Source: the human T2T-CHM13v2.0 reference genome, Homo sapiens
DNA length: 64,000 nt
Reading direction: 5' to 3' (one strand)
Assembly (NCBI RefSeq): GCF_009914755.1
Contig: NC_060932.1
The notes under the pieces were generated by a model. It had not been told where the DNA came from. It saw nothing but the letters and a program-made list of their open reading frames with translations, and did no database searches. This document shows, in pieces, positions 1 through 14,262 of the stretch. The position numbers were made by a program, and so were the translations under genes. Within the stretch, counting starts at the first letter, position 1, and each line of letters starts with the position of its first letter.

Positions 1-1130
1 AAACCATTGACAAAATATTTGCAAACTAGAATTCCACAACATTTAAAAGAGAATGATACACCATAACCAAGCAGGGTTTGTACTAAGGATACAGTCTGAT
101 TCAATATTTGAAAATCAGTCAATGTAATCCACCTGATTAACATGCCAAAGAAGAAAAATTACATGACATGATGTTTAATTTTATGTGTCCACTTGACTGG
201 ACCACAGGGTGTGCAGTTATTTGGTTAAATATTGTTCTGTGTGTGTCTGTAAGGGTGCTTTTGGGTGAGATTGACATTTGAATCATTAGATTGAGTAAAG
301 AAGGCTGTCCTCCCCAGTGTGGGTGGGCCTCCTTCAACCCACTGAAGGCCTGAATAGAAAAGAAAGATTAAGTAAGAAAGAATTCTTTCTCTTTGCCTGT
401 CTTGTCACTGGGCCATTGATCTTCTCCTGTCTTCAGACTTGGACTTGGACTGGAACCTACATCACTGGCGCTTCTATTTCTCTGGCTTTCAGTCCCAGAC
501 TGGGACTATACCATCAGCTCTCCTGGATCTGACTTCTCAGCCTCCATGATTGTATGAGCTGATTCCTTATCATTTCTGTTTCTCTGGAGAATCCTCTCTA
601 ACACATATGATCATATCAACTGAGGCAGAAAAAGCACTTGACAAAATTCAACATCCATTCATGATAAAAATTCTCAGAAATCTAGGAAGAGAGGAGAACA
701 TCCTCAACTTGATAAATCTACAAAAACCTACAGTTTACAATGTACTTTATGATTGAAGACTATATGCTTTTTCTGTAAGGTCAGGAGCAAAGCAAGATGT
801 CCTCTGTGGCCACTGTTATTCAACATACTACTGGAAGTTCTAGACACTGCAATAAGGCAAGAAAAGGAAATAAAAAGCATATACTTTGAAATGGAGGAAA
901 TAAAACTATCCCTGTTTGCAGACAGCATGCTTATCTGAACAAAAAATCCCAAGGAATATACAAAAACAAACAAAAAACTAGAACTAAAAAGTTCAGCAAG
1001 CTCATAGAATATAAGATAAACATAGAAAACTGAATTATATTTCTACTTGTTATCTATAAACATATGGACTCTGAAATGTAAAATATAATACTATTTACAG
1101 TCACTCAGAAACAAAGGAAATACTTAGGTC
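1..1130 (+). mobile_element. Old L1 (L1M-type) ORF2/RT-region fragment, interrupted by an MLT2 LTR
   Basis: Degenerate ORF2 peptides HMIISTEAEKALDKIQHPFMIK (550-756) and [35 protein letters not shown] (753-938, decayed FADD motif). Confidence 0.9.
167..605 (+). mobile_element. MLT2 (ERVL) solo LTR inserted in L1
   Basis: Starts tgatgtttaattttatgtgtccacttgactgg and ends tctctggagaatcctctctaacaca, matching MLT2 termini. Near-perfect 5-bp TSD catga (162-166) / tatga (606-610). L1 sequence is continuous across it. Confidence 0.85.
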
Positions 1131-1136
1131 TAAGCA

Positions 1137-1288
1137 TTTTGTATTTTTAGTAGAGATGGGGTTTCACCATGTTGGCCAGGCTGGTCTCGAACTCCTTACC
1201 TCCTGCCCCCCTCAGCCTCCAAAAGTGATCCGTCTGCCTTGGCCTCCGAAAGTGCTGGGATTACAGGCGTGAACCACCGTACCCGGCC
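1137..1288 (-). mobile_element. Alu left-arm fragment with a small internal duplication
   Basis: tttgtatttttagtagagatggggtttcaccatg...cccggcc. The segment ctgcc..gcctcc.aaagtg occurs twice. Confidence 0.9.
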
Positions 1289-2532
1289 TAAGTGTTTCTT
1301 TTTCTACTGGTTATAGAGCTGGCTACTGTACTCCTTCTGGTTTCTCTCCATTGGGGTGGTCAGTTGCCCACTGGGGCACAGGAAAGGGGTTGGCTTCTGT
1401 TGAGGGCCCCAGGAGCTAAGTATAAGGATGTTCTGGGATTGGAAAAACCAGTGCTGATCATAATCTCAAAAGACTCAATCTGAATGCCATAAGCCCAAAA
1501 ACATAATTCTGGAAAATATAATTTTAATTTTGTTCTTAAAAAGCATTTATTTACATTCTTAAAAGGGAATTTAAGAAACATAAAACATGAAAGAATACTA
1601 CTTCATAGGCCACTTTATACAGTAAAATAGATACATATAAATAATCACATATAAATTTTTGCAAGCATAAACACCCAGGAATTCTAATGACAGTCACACA
1701 GGTATAAGAGCTATGAAGAGATGAACCATAAAAAAATCTGTCAGAAAGTGAGGTATAAGTGCGCATCACTTTGGTGCATAATTGTGTGCACCCAGCTTTA
1801 TAGCTACAGTCGTCTGAAATATTAATATCATGACAGAAAACCTAAGTCTTTTGACCAGATCTATCAAAAACCTCAGTGAGTCACCCCTGCATATGCAGTC
1901 ACCCAAAGTGCTGAGCTGTCAAGAAATAGTATCTTTTACAACCACAGATGCACAAAAAGAAGATCTCTACATTTATTGAGGAAGTTTTAATGTTCTTATA
2001 TACAAAGTCAACAATTGTGATAATGTACTTTCCTGAAGTCAAATTTGCAAAAATTGCATGAAACAAATTAGAACTCTCTAAAAGTCTCTGCACAATTATA
2101 CCTCCAGCATCAGAAATAACACAAAGATGATATATATGGCATAGCCAGTTGGCATTATGTGTGAAGGGGCAGAAGTCATACACAATTGAATAGTTTGGCA
2201 GGAGAGATTTCTTGTATTTTTTGCCTGTGTTTTCACTTGATCTTTGAAACACTCACTGCACTTGTATTTGGATAGTGGTTGGGGCCTACAAATTTTGTAG
2301 GTATATGCTACCCATTTGAAAGTCTGGTCGCTGCTCAGCAATTAAGCAATTTTCCACCTTCACAGCACCAATAATAATTAGCTTTTAAACTTTTATCTTT
2401 CACCATTAAGTACCTTCATACACTTAACTTATCACAGTCTTTTTGTGAGGGAGCAATTTCACAGATCTCTTTTATTGTGTTGTAAGGAATACGGTAAGAA
2501 GGAATGAAATTCAGTTTCCCCAATACCAAATT

Positions 2533-3552
<1,020 letters not shown>

Positions 3553-3744
3553 CTCTGCTTTCAGGATTTCCAACTCTGGAATTTTAATCATTCAGGATTG
3601 TACATGGGGAATTTTAGACATTAAGAATTTTAGACATTAGTGCTTTTGATCATTCTGTATTTCAACATACGGGATTATGGCCTTTGGGACTGTCTTTCAG
3701 GATTATGATCAGCAGCAGATTGTAACATGTAAAAAGTCACGGAC

Positions 3745-4612
3745 AATGAGTTACTCCTACACACCTATTAGAATGGCAGAAATCCAAAATACTGACACCA
3801 CCAAATACTGATGAGGATGCGGGGCAACAGGAACTCTTATTCACTGCTAAGGGATGTAAAATGATGCAGCCACTTTGGAAAAACTAAACATGCTCTTATC
3901 ATATGATCCAGGAATCACATTCCTAGATATTTACTCAAGTTAGTTAAAAATGTAAACTCCTACAAAAATGTGCACACAAATGTTTACAACAACTTTATTC
4001 ATAATTGCCAAACCTGGAAGCAACTAGGATGTCCTTTGATAGATAAATAGATAAACTGTGGTACATCCAGACAATAGAATATTATTCAGCACTAAAAAGA
4101 AATGAGCTATCAAGCCACAGAAAGACTTGGAGGAATTTTAAACGTATTGTACTAAGTGACAGAAGCCAATCTGAAAAGACTTCATATTGCGGAATTTCAA
4201 CTATATGATATTCTGGAAAAGAATGGAGAGAATAAAAAGACCAATGGTTGCTGGAGGTTAGGGGGCTGACAAGGATGAATAGATGGGACACAAAAGATTC
4301 TCAGGGCAGTAAAACCACTCTGTATGATACTACAATGGTGGATACATGGCATTATACATTTGTCCAAACCCATAGGATTTACAACACGAAGAGTAAACCC
4401 TAATGTAAACAGTAGGCTTTCGTTAAAAATAATGTATTCATATTGGCTCATCAATGTACTGCATCGGTAACAAATGCATCACAATAATTAATGCAAGATG
4501 TTAATAATAAGGGAAACTGGCAGAATAAGGCTATGGAAACTCCCTGTACTTTCTACTCAATTTTCTTATAAACCTAATACCGCTCTAAAAAATAGTCTAT
4601 TAATTTTTTAAA
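3745..4612 (+). mobile_element. L1MC-like 3' end fragment
   Basis: cacacctattagaatggc..., aactgtggtacatccagacaatagaatattattcagc and cattatacatttgtccaaacccatagga...gagtaaaccctaatgtaaac are typical of the old L1 ORF2 end and 3' UTR. Confidence 0.85.
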
Positions 4613-4774
4613 GATGTAACTTAATAGTAACCATGTTACCCTTTCAAAAACTGTTTGTCAATTTTGCTACAAAAGAGAATTTCAAGTATTTATCTGTTAA
4701 GAACAATAGTTACAACAAAAACATGGAGATATTTTTGCAAATTAAAAACCCGTGGAGAGATAAGTTTGGAAACA

Positions 4775-4895
4775 AACCTAGGACTTAAAAGATGAAGTCC
4801 TGGCTCCTCATGTTGTGTTACTTTAGGTAAGTCAGTTACCCTCTTAGACCTCAGTCTAACACTTTTGTTATTTAAAAAAAAAGGATTATTATGAT
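4775..4895 (+). mobile_element. MIR fragment
   Basis: tgtgttactttaggtaagtcagttaccctcttagacctcagt resembles the MIR core. Confidence 0.6.
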
Positions 4896-5475
4896 GCATC
4901 AAATATTTTATACTAGATCTATTCACTTAATATATTTATGTTTAAGTATCTCGTAAGTAAAATGAATTATTTAAACATTTTCAAATTCTACATAATTCCT
5001 AGATATATGTCGCCCATGAATATAAACATATATTTTAAATTATATGAACTAGGTAAGTCATCAACATGAAAATCAAGTCAAAATCAATTACACATTAAAT
5101 TGGTTACAGTATGTATCTTTAACTTACCACCACCATCTATCTTCAAATCACTTTATGCCACTTGATGTATAAAAACTTTATAATAGTATACTTCTGCTTT
5201 CCCCTCCCAGCCTTTGTGCTATTGCCATCATACATTTACATGTGTTATAAACCCCCATGGTACATTATAATTGTTTTTGCCTAAATAGTTATGTTTTACA
5301 TAAATTGAAAGTTTGGAGATCCATTTTATATTTACCTAATCTTTACCATTTCTGACACTCTTCATTACTTTGCATACATCCAAGTTTGCTTCTAATATGC
5401 TTTCCCTACAACATAAACTGTCTATAATATTTCTTATGAGATCATTTATAGTGCCAATCTATGGTGACCTAGGTA

Positions 5476-5902
5476 AAGAATATGCGGTACCTATACCCAT
5501 GGAATACTATGCAGCCATAAAAAAGAATAAAATGATGTAAAATGATGTTCTTTGCAGCGACATGGATGCAGCTGAAGGTCATTATCCTAAGTGAATTACC
5601 ACAGGAACAAAAAAACAAATATCAAATGTTCTTACTTAAAAGTAGGAGTTAAACAATGGGTGCTCATGGACATAATACTACTAGGGGAGAGAGGGAAGGA
5701 GAGGGGCAAGGGTTGAAAAACTCACCATTGGGTACTATGCTTAGTACATGATGACAGGATCAATTGTACCCCGAAATTCAGCATCACGCAATATACCCAG
5801 GTAACAAACCTGCAGATGTACCCTCTAAATCTAAAAGTTGTAACTATTAAAACCAGAAAACCTCACTTCTCACCCCCAAAAAATATAAAATTAAAAATAA
5901 AA
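5476..5902 (+). mobile_element. L1PB/old L1PA 3' end fragment
   Basis: catggaatactatgcagccataaaaaagaat...gtaacaaacctgcagatgtaccctctaaatctaaaag followed by an A-rich tail. Confidence 0.88.
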
Positions 5903-6899
5903 GACGCTGTTTCATTGTCTCCTGGCTTGCATTGTTTATAATGTCAGCAGTCATCTTTGTTCCTGTGTACGTGACATGTTTTTTTTAATTACTTTTTTAC
6001 TCTGACTACTTTTAAGATTTTTTTCTCTATCACATCTTTCTAGCAATTTAATACAAAGTACTTTGGAGTATGTATAGTGTGTGTGTGTGCGCACGCGCAT
6101 GCTTGTGGTTTGTTTTTTCTGCTTGTGGTTTGTTGAGAACCTTGGTTTACAGTTTCCTCAAATTTAGAAATGTTTCAGCCATTATTTCTTCCAATATTTT
6201 TTCTGCCCCCCCCCCACCTTTATGACATTCCAGTTACACAAGTGATAGACAGTTTGCTATTGTTTCATAGCTTACTGAGGCTCAGATGGGTTTTTCCAGC
6301 CTTTTTCTCTCTGTGCTTCAGTCTAGATGGTTTCTATTCCTATGTATTCAAGCTCACTGACTTTATCTTATGAGGTCTAATATTCTGTTCTTCCAATCCA
6401 GTGTATTTTTTATTTCTGATATAACATTTTTCACCTTTAAAGTTTCATTTGGCTCTATTTTATATCTTTTCTTTCCTCATGATGTCCATGTTTTCTTCTA
6501 CATTCATGAGCACATTTATAATAGCAGTTTTTAAATTAACACTTGCTAATTCCATCATCTTTATTATTTCAGGTTATGTTTCTATCGGCTGATTTTTCTC
6601 TGGGTTATTGGTCACATTTTTCTGTAGCTTTACATTGTCCATGATTTTTTATTGGATGTGGCATATTTGGAATTTGAATTTTGTTGTCTTCTTTGAAAGA
6701 GTGTTGAATTTTGTCCTGGCAGGCAATTAACTTACCTGTGGATGAGCTTGATGTTTTGGGGGCCTCTTAAAACACTGGTAGGGCACATCTGGAGTATCTT
6801 TTATTCTAAGGCTAGTTTAGCTCTACTTTTTAAGACATAGCCTTCTGGGGTCTTTTCTGAATGCTCCAGGTGTTCAATGGGCTCTTTTATGTCTTTGGG

Positions 6900-7072
6900 G
6901 GTTTGTTTGTTTGTTTGTTTGTTTGTTTGTTTGTTTTTTATTGCTGGGGAGAGGAGGGGGAACAGAGTCTCGCTGTGTTGCCCAGGCTGGCCTGAGACTC
7001 CTAGGTTCAAGTGATCCTCCCACCTCAGCCTCTTGAGTAGCTAGGATTACGGGCACACACCACAGCCCTGGC
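6900..7072 (-). mobile_element. Alu monomer (FLAM-like) with (GTTT)n tail
   Basis: (gttt)n at 6901-6936, then gagtctcgctgtgttgcccaggctgg...ggattacgggcacacaccacagccctggc. Confidence 0.85.
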
Positions 7073-9201
7073 TTCTTTTATTTTGGATGGTCAAAACGTA
7101 CAGTATCACAACCGTATGTAAGCTCTGAGAATTGTTCCGTTTACAACTCCCCAGGAGTCTATTTTTGCCTAGTTTATGCATACATGGCAGAGCATTCAAC
7201 AAAAAACTCAAGAGGATGCCGATGCAGGTTTCTGGAACTTTCTCTTTGCACCACTCCCTGCTCTCCGGTATTCTTCCCCACAAAGTTCAGCCATCTCAGC
7301 TCTCCTGAACACTGACATCTGCCTTTTTCAGAGTAATGCTCTACTTGAATTCCCCTTCCCTGTGCCACAGTTTAGAAGGTGTCTCCAGGCAAAGAGCCAG
7401 GGCAATTGCTGGTCTCACCTAATTTATTTTCTTTCTATTTAAGATACAGGCCTGTTCTGTTGTTCAGTATCTGAAATTGTTGTCTGTTATATTTTTTCCA
7501 GTTGTCTAGTTGTTTATGGAAAGGAAAAAAATTCAGAACCGGATAATTTGTCCATGCTTTATATATTTAGTAGGAGTTTCAAGAATGTCTTTATAATGGG
7601 CCAGATTGTCTCAAAAATTACAAGTATATTAAACACTAAATATGTATATGTTTCTTCTTAACCCCAAAATACTAAGCCATGATTTTATTTCTCTTAAACA
7701 TTTCTATATTTAATTCTGAATTTTACTGGGTTTAAAAGATTCTCACCCATTAAGGAAAACAGTCACCATCCCCATTAACTGAACCACAACACTGATTGTA
7801 CTGATTGTGTTCTAGGCAGTCCTGAGGGGACTCACTGAGTACTCTTTGTGATTGCCATGTCCATGATGCCATCGCTTAGAAGAAGTGCCACTTGGCCCAC
7901 ATTCCTGAATGCAAGATAAACACATTAATTCTTCTGTCTACTCACAGCAGTGCTCAACTCCAACTCCAGTTGATCGTTTGATCAGATTCTTCATTTGTTT
8001 GGTTCCTAAGATATAGACATGTCTTTCTTTCTGTCTTAAAAGGCCTTTAAATTCCATGGAATCCTGCATTTTTTTCAGTCTCGTGATTTACAGATGATGT
8101 ATTGCTATTCAGTTGAATTTTAGATCTCTCTCCTGGCATTATCAAACTTGCAGCCATAACATCTGAGGTCACTCTCTCAGCACCAGGGGCCTTGTGAATC
8201 TGTGAGCACTGTGCCAGCACAGCCTTACAAAGCTGTGGCTCAGACAGGGCAGATGTGATCCTCAGTAGCAGGGCAATTGTAACTATGCCAACAATGACTC
8301 TTTGGGTCTGGGGGAAAGTTTCTGTCTATCCACAGTGGACTCTAGAGGATAGTGTGGGCCAAGTGGATATAGTATTGGTTCATTCAGAAAAATACAAACT
8401 TCTCTAGGTATCTCAAGCTAGAAAGTGATTTAAATTAAGGAATTAAGAGACAAAATGTGGGAGCTAAAGGAGCAAAAATTGGGAAAGTTGGTGGTTTCCA
8501 AAGATGAGAAACATCAGAAAATCATAGCATCCTACCAGGAGTAATGCCCATCTAATTCCTCATTTCTCTTCCCTGATACAGCATGTGAGCTCCAGAAAGC
8601 CTGGGTTTTGCTAGCTATTTCCTCTGCAGGCATCTATGCTCACCTCCAGAGGTACTAGAACTGCTGGCACTATTGCAATAGTCTGTAGTCACCTGCCTCT
8701 GCCATAAGCAGGGTAGTTTCTATCTTCTTCCCACATTTAATTTGTTATGAGTGCCTCCCATTGCCAACAAGGAATCCCAACTGAGCACAAAATCTGGCAA
8801 ATGCAGTTTGCAGGTTTCCAGCCACAGTGGCTTAGGGAAGAGTATAAAAGAGCAAGTATGGGTCTGTAGCTATAGCTACATTAAAGCTATGGCTTTAATG
8901 ACTCTATTTTTGAAAAGCCTGACACATAGGAAACTCTCAAAAAATAACTGTGGTTTCTGTTATTTTTATTTAATAAGCAGTGGCATGAAAAGTCAACCTA
9001 TATCTGGGCTAACCATACAGGAACAGACTGTAAAGATGACTGTGCCCTTTACCCAATAGTGCTACCCATCCACACAGTTCTCCTTTTTCCATTTCAGGAA
9101 TGGATAAAACAATGATTGTATTGATTTCCTGCTCACTGTGGTATTAATTGCTTGTGGTCCCCAAACACAATGTAAGTTAGTAATCTTCGTATCCATCCAT
9201 T

Positions 9202-11161
9202 TGTTATAGGATTTTTGGGGTGTCACTTCACCAGCTGGAAATCTCTGTGGCTAGTGGTGCCTTTGCCCGAGTTTTGCTCTGTCCCACTGGGCTCATTCTG
9301 CCCATTTGGCCTGTCAGGCTGCGTTTGGCTCATGCTACTGGCCTAGATCCCACGCCTGCCAAGGGCAAGCCAGGCACAGAGCAGCGAGGGGTGTATGAGT
9401 GGAGTGTGGGGTCCAGGCATGCTAGCTGCTGCTGCAGGGTGGGCAGCTCCAGGTGCCAACACAGGCACTGGCTCCCTGTGAGGGCACAGCTGGACCAGGC
9501 ACACCACAAGCAGCACCCACAGCTGGCACTAGGGAACATAGTGGTGCCCACAAGCTTGGAGATGCCAGGAACCACAGGGCTCCAAAGAGGGAGTCACAGC
9601 CCTGGCTTGGGGAGTTCCCAGGTCTGGGCTCCCCAAAGAGCCACAGCTCTCCTCTTCTTTTCTTCACCCACAACATGGCAAGCAAGAGGCATGTTTCAGC
9701 CCTGTTTGTGTTACAGCTCTTTTAGCCCCGCCATTCAATGGGTCCCAAGTTCTTGTCCTGCATCCAGGAAGAATGAGGTATGCAGAGAAGTGGAGGGCGA
9801 GCAAGACGAAGAGGAGTTTTATTAAGTGATAGAACAGCTCAGAGGAGACCCAAAGTGGGTAGCTCCTCTCTGCAGCCAGGGTGTCCAACGAGTGTTCAGC
9901 TCTCAGCAGAGAGGGTAACTCCTCTCTGTGAGCAGGTCATCCTATCATCGTTTCAGTTCTCAGCAGAGAGTGCCGCTCCTCTCTATAGCTGGTTGTCTGT
10001 CCTTTCTCCATCCTCTCTTTGAGTCTGGCTGAGTCTGGGGTTTTTATGGACCTCAGACGGGAGGAAGTGCATGCTGATTGGTCCATGCACAGCCATGGGT
10101 GGCCATGGGCAGGCCCAGGGAAAAGCACTACAAGTTCCCCCTCTGGTCTGCAGGACTGACTGCCCTGCCCCCAGGCTTCATGACCTCCCCAGCTGGAAGG
10201 TGGGGCATCACCAGGCACATGCCCACTTCCACCCAGGAACCTGTCTGTCTCCTGCCACTGTTCATGGCTCCCAGGCTGTTCATGCTGAGGGGTGCTGGCA
10301 GGCCAGCACCAGGCTGTCCTCAATACCTGCTTGGCCTCCCTCCCACGCTTGTCAGTGCCCAAAGTCCAGAGCGGGCTGAGGTAGCAGGGAGCTGGCATGT
10401 CAGTGCTGCCTCGAGCATGTGCACACCCAGCCAGGCTTACCAGTGCCTAGACTTGGCCCAGACTTGTCCCCTACTTTGCTCTGAGATTGGAGTGGGCACT
10501 GACCACAGGGAGAAGCCAGGCAGTGAGAGCAGGTGCTTCTGAGCCTGCTGCAGGTAGCGAGGGCCTTCCTGGACCCCCAAGAGCACAGAGATGCCTGGGT
10601 CTGGAGCTGCAGCAGAGTGGCTACAGCTGCACCCAAGGAGCTCCCGCCCCACCCACTCAGAAGGAGCAGGGCTTCCACTTGTCCCAGCTCCTGCTGGCTC
10701 CATGGAGCATGAACCCCCAGCTGTGCTTCCTCACAGCCTGTGGCAGGTGTTCCAGGTTCTTGCTGTGCCCCTCTCTACCCATTCCTCCGTGCCCTACCAC
10801 ATTGGCACGCAGCTCAGCCCAGCCCCATCACAGTGGCTTCCAGGGTCGTGGGCTCCAGGGGGCCTCCCAGGGGTGGATTTGAGGATTGTCTCCTTCCCCC
10901 CCAGGCCCTCCCCACAGTGGCGGTGGATGATAGTAGTGACGTAGGGCCAGGGTCTGGAGGAGCAGAGGCTCTGGGCAAGGGAGTGGGTCCCACCCAGCTG
11001 CGAGAGGTTGGATTGGGGGCAGCTCAGTCGACTGCCTTAGGGATGCAAAGCACAGGAGACCCACCACTGCCACTACTGCTCCCGCAGCTGCTTCTGCTGC
11101 CACTGCTACTGCCTCTTCGCTGCAGCTGGTGGCCACTCCAGATGGCCTGCAGCTGCCATCA
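9202..11161 (-). mobile_element. MER52 (ERV1) solo LTR, about 1.96 kb
   Basis: Minus strand begins tgatggcagctgcaggccatctggag and ends cacccc.aaaatcctataaca. Perfect 4-bp TSD CATT (9198-9201, 11162-11165). GC-rich; explains the cluster of spurious ORFs at 9220-11258. Confidence 0.9.
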
Positions 11162-11689
11162 CATTCACAGTGAAAGAAGTTTTTTACCAAATGTATATAT
11201 TCACACACCTCAAAAGCACCATATGAGAAATATTTTAGAAAAATTGCCTCAAGCATAACATCAAGGTCAAATTAACTTGAGACTATGAAGTCAGCAATGT
11301 TTGCTTAGAAATTAATTCAGTCATTCAGTCAAAGCTCACCTGCTGGCTGTTGCCAAGAGGGCTTTGACGATATGGTCTGTAAGGAAGTGGGACACCGTAG
11401 GCATTTGATATATGTTAAGTAATAGTAATGAGGGCAATAAGTACTCGCATACTGAGTGGAGGGAGCTGTTCGGGTTAAGAAGAATGCTTCTAAGCTCTAA
11501 TGCTTAATGGATAAAGATTAGGACTCTGGAAACCTTTCTATAGTCAACAGAATCATTGTCTCTTATTCACCCTGGCTGCCAATTCCTGGACCAGGGTCTG
11601 ATAATGCAAATATCTCTTTAAATAGCAGTCTAAAAGAAAACTCATATTGTGTTTCTTTAAAACAAAAAAAAAATTACCATTTGAGCCAA

Positions 11690-11840
11690 CCAGATACCTG
11701 GGCTTAAATTCTGATTCTGTCCCTTACAAAAGGAGAGATCTTAAGACAGCCAACCTCTCAGAGCTTCAGTTTACTCATCTAAAAATTAGGGCATTGATAA
11801 TACATTTTTAAGATTGCACAGTGCTTCTCACATAAGTAAT
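11690..11840 (+). mobile_element. MIR
   Basis: aacctctcagagcttcagtttactcatctaaaaattagggcattgataatac matches the MIR core. Confidence 0.75.
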
Positions 11841-13776
11841 GGGTATTCTTATAAAACCAATCTGCAATTACAGGCAACTTTGGACAAATTTCTTCTTTAA
11901 GAAACTACAGTGAAAACCTAGATTCCCTCCCAACTCCCCTGCAAAAACTATGTAGGCTTTTGAATGTGATTTTATATTTGAATCTCTATATGTTATATAT
12001 CCTACAAGTGCACCTCAGACAAAACACTGCATATCTAATTCTGGTTGAGGTGAGCAATTCATTTTCCTAGTTCAACATTTCTCAAATATTTGACATATTT
12101 TCATAAATTATAATCCCATCATTAGAAAGTACCATTTAACAGATCAGAATTTATTCAATATATCTGAATAGTTCTAGGGGAAAATAACTGTGTCAAATAT
12201 CCATACCAGCCTACCCAATCTGTCCCTTCAGTAGTGATCTCCACCAGAAAAATGAAGCCTGTAAGATCCTGCCCAGGAGCTCCCTAATCCTACACCTCAA
12301 TGTCCGGTAAATACATCCATCCTGTGTGCATTCAGGAGAGATTCATGCTGCAATACACTTTCGTCCATGAAAATGTCTCTTCTCTTCACTGATCTATGAG
12401 AAATATTTTTGAGCTGTAAAAGCAAACTCCTGAACCGTATTTCCCAGATGTCTATTTAACAAACTGCCATTTCCCTATTACGCTAAGCACTTAAACTCAA
12501 CACTAAAAGTCAAATAAGAGATTGAATATAAATGTATATGTGCTGATCAAAATACAATAATGAAAAAGGCTCTGATAAGGACTCTACAAAATTTGTGGGA
12601 GGATTTGTTTGTGTGTGTTTTTAATATGTTTTTAAATGGGCCATCATAACAGGCAGCTTATTGATTATATTTTTTTGACGTTTATAAAGTTGGGAAAATA
12701 ATAACCAATAATTATTGAATGTTTATTATATGTGTCTGTTCTAACCTTTTGCTTTATTAACTTATTTACCCTCAAAACAATCCAGTGAAATAAGTCCCAT
12801 TGTTATCTTTATTGTCTTCCCAAGAAGACCCCACTTCAGAAAATGTGAACTTCATTCTTCTAGTTGTTCAGGCAAGACCTTTGGCATCATCCTTGAGTCT
12901 TCTTGTTCACACCCCACATTCAATCCAAATTCAAGTAAACAAATGCAAGTGTCAAAGACAAATGTGCAATGTATATTTCTCCTATTTCGAGCCTGCTGGA
13001 TTATTCCAATGACCTTACTGACCTCCTTGCACTAGCCCTTGTCCCTGCAGTCTAGTGACCACACAACAGCCTGGGATTCTTGTGAGATCCAAGCCGGATC
13101 CTGTCACCTCTCTTCTCAAGAGCCCCTAATACCTTCCCACCTCACACCGAGTGAACCCCAAAGTCCTCATGCTCTCCTGCAAGACCCTACACCAGTGGCC
13201 CGGGATCTCCCAGACTCAGATCCCCATCCCCGCTGCTGTTCCACACTCAGCCCTCTGGTCACACCCACTCCAGGCTGGCCCCGAGGATTAGGGAGGGAGC
13301 CAGAACAGGGGTGCAGGGCCTGGCTTTGCAGGGCTCCGCTTGGGGTTTAAGACTACTCTTTGTTGCTGTCTTGATATTCTTAATAATAAAATATCTCTGA
13401 ATGTGTGTTTGCTAAGAAAAGACCAAAAGAGCCTCAGCTGGGGACCACACACCTCAGCCTCCCATGGCCTAACCTCCAAGGATGGGCTCTGGCAGCCGCT
13501 GCGCCCTAAGGCCCACCTGTCTAACTGGACTAACCCGGTCCCACTGCTAGGGAAGACGGATCCCCATGGTCGCCTTCCGTCCCAGAGTGAACCTGGACAG
13601 GGCATGCAGGGGGTCAGGTCATGTGCAGAGGGTCAGGATCGTGCATGTCCCTGGCACCTCTGCTTGGCCCGTGCAGCAGGCTTTGTCACCAGTCCTGTCC
13701 AGGCACCGAGCGCATCCTAGCAGGAAGGTTACAGTCTCCAGGGGTCACCTGGCTGCTGTGAAACGGGGTGATGCAG

Positions 13777-14089
13777 GGCCGGGCACAGTGGCTCACCCCT
13801 GTAATCCCAGCACTTTGGGAGGCCGAGGTGGGAGGATCACTTGAGGTCAGAATTTTGGACCAGCCTGGATAACATGGCCATCTCTACAAAAAAATACAAA
13901 AATTATCTGGGGCCAGTAGCGTGTACCTGTAGTCCCAGCTACTCAGGCGGCTGAGTCAGGAGGATCGCTTGAGGCCAGGAGGTCAAGGGTGCAGTGAGCT
14001 CTGATCCTGCCACTGCACTCCACCCTGGGCAACAGAATGAGACCCTGAGAGAGACAGAGACAGAGAGAGACAGAGACAGAGAGAGAGAG
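13777..14089 (+). mobile_element. AluJ with tail converted to a (GA)n/(GACA) microsatellite
   Basis: ggccgggcacagtggctcac...ggaggatcgcttgagg...gagaccctg, then gagagacagagacagagagag to about 14089. Confidence 0.92.
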
Positions 14090-14171
14090 AAGCTCACTAC
14101 TTTATGTCTATATCCCTAGCATTGGATACTTGCAATGGAAATTCATCCAAATTTTCTGAAAAACTGAGTTT

Positions 14172-14262
14172 CCACTTTGTAGATGAGGAAATTGGGACTC
14201 AGAGAAGCGAAAGGACTTGACTTTCTAGGATCCATCCACTCCCAGGCAGTCTGCCTCAGGGG
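14172..14262 (-). mobile_element. MIR fragment
   Basis: ccactttgtagatgaggaaattgggactcagagaagcgaaaggacttg is an antisense MIR core. Confidence 0.7.

Larger units (their letters stand above)
5110..7520 (-). mobile_element. Highly diverged ancient L1 (L1M/ME-type), interrupted by younger inserts
   Basis: T-rich antisense L1-like text such as tttcagccattatttcttccaatatttttt and ttcaagctcactgactttatctt. Confidence 0.55.

Noticed and set aside
9220-11258. Cluster of 80-201 aa ORFs on both strands
   Set aside because: All lie in or overlap the GC-rich MER52 LTR, where stop codons are scarce. No protein-like motifs.
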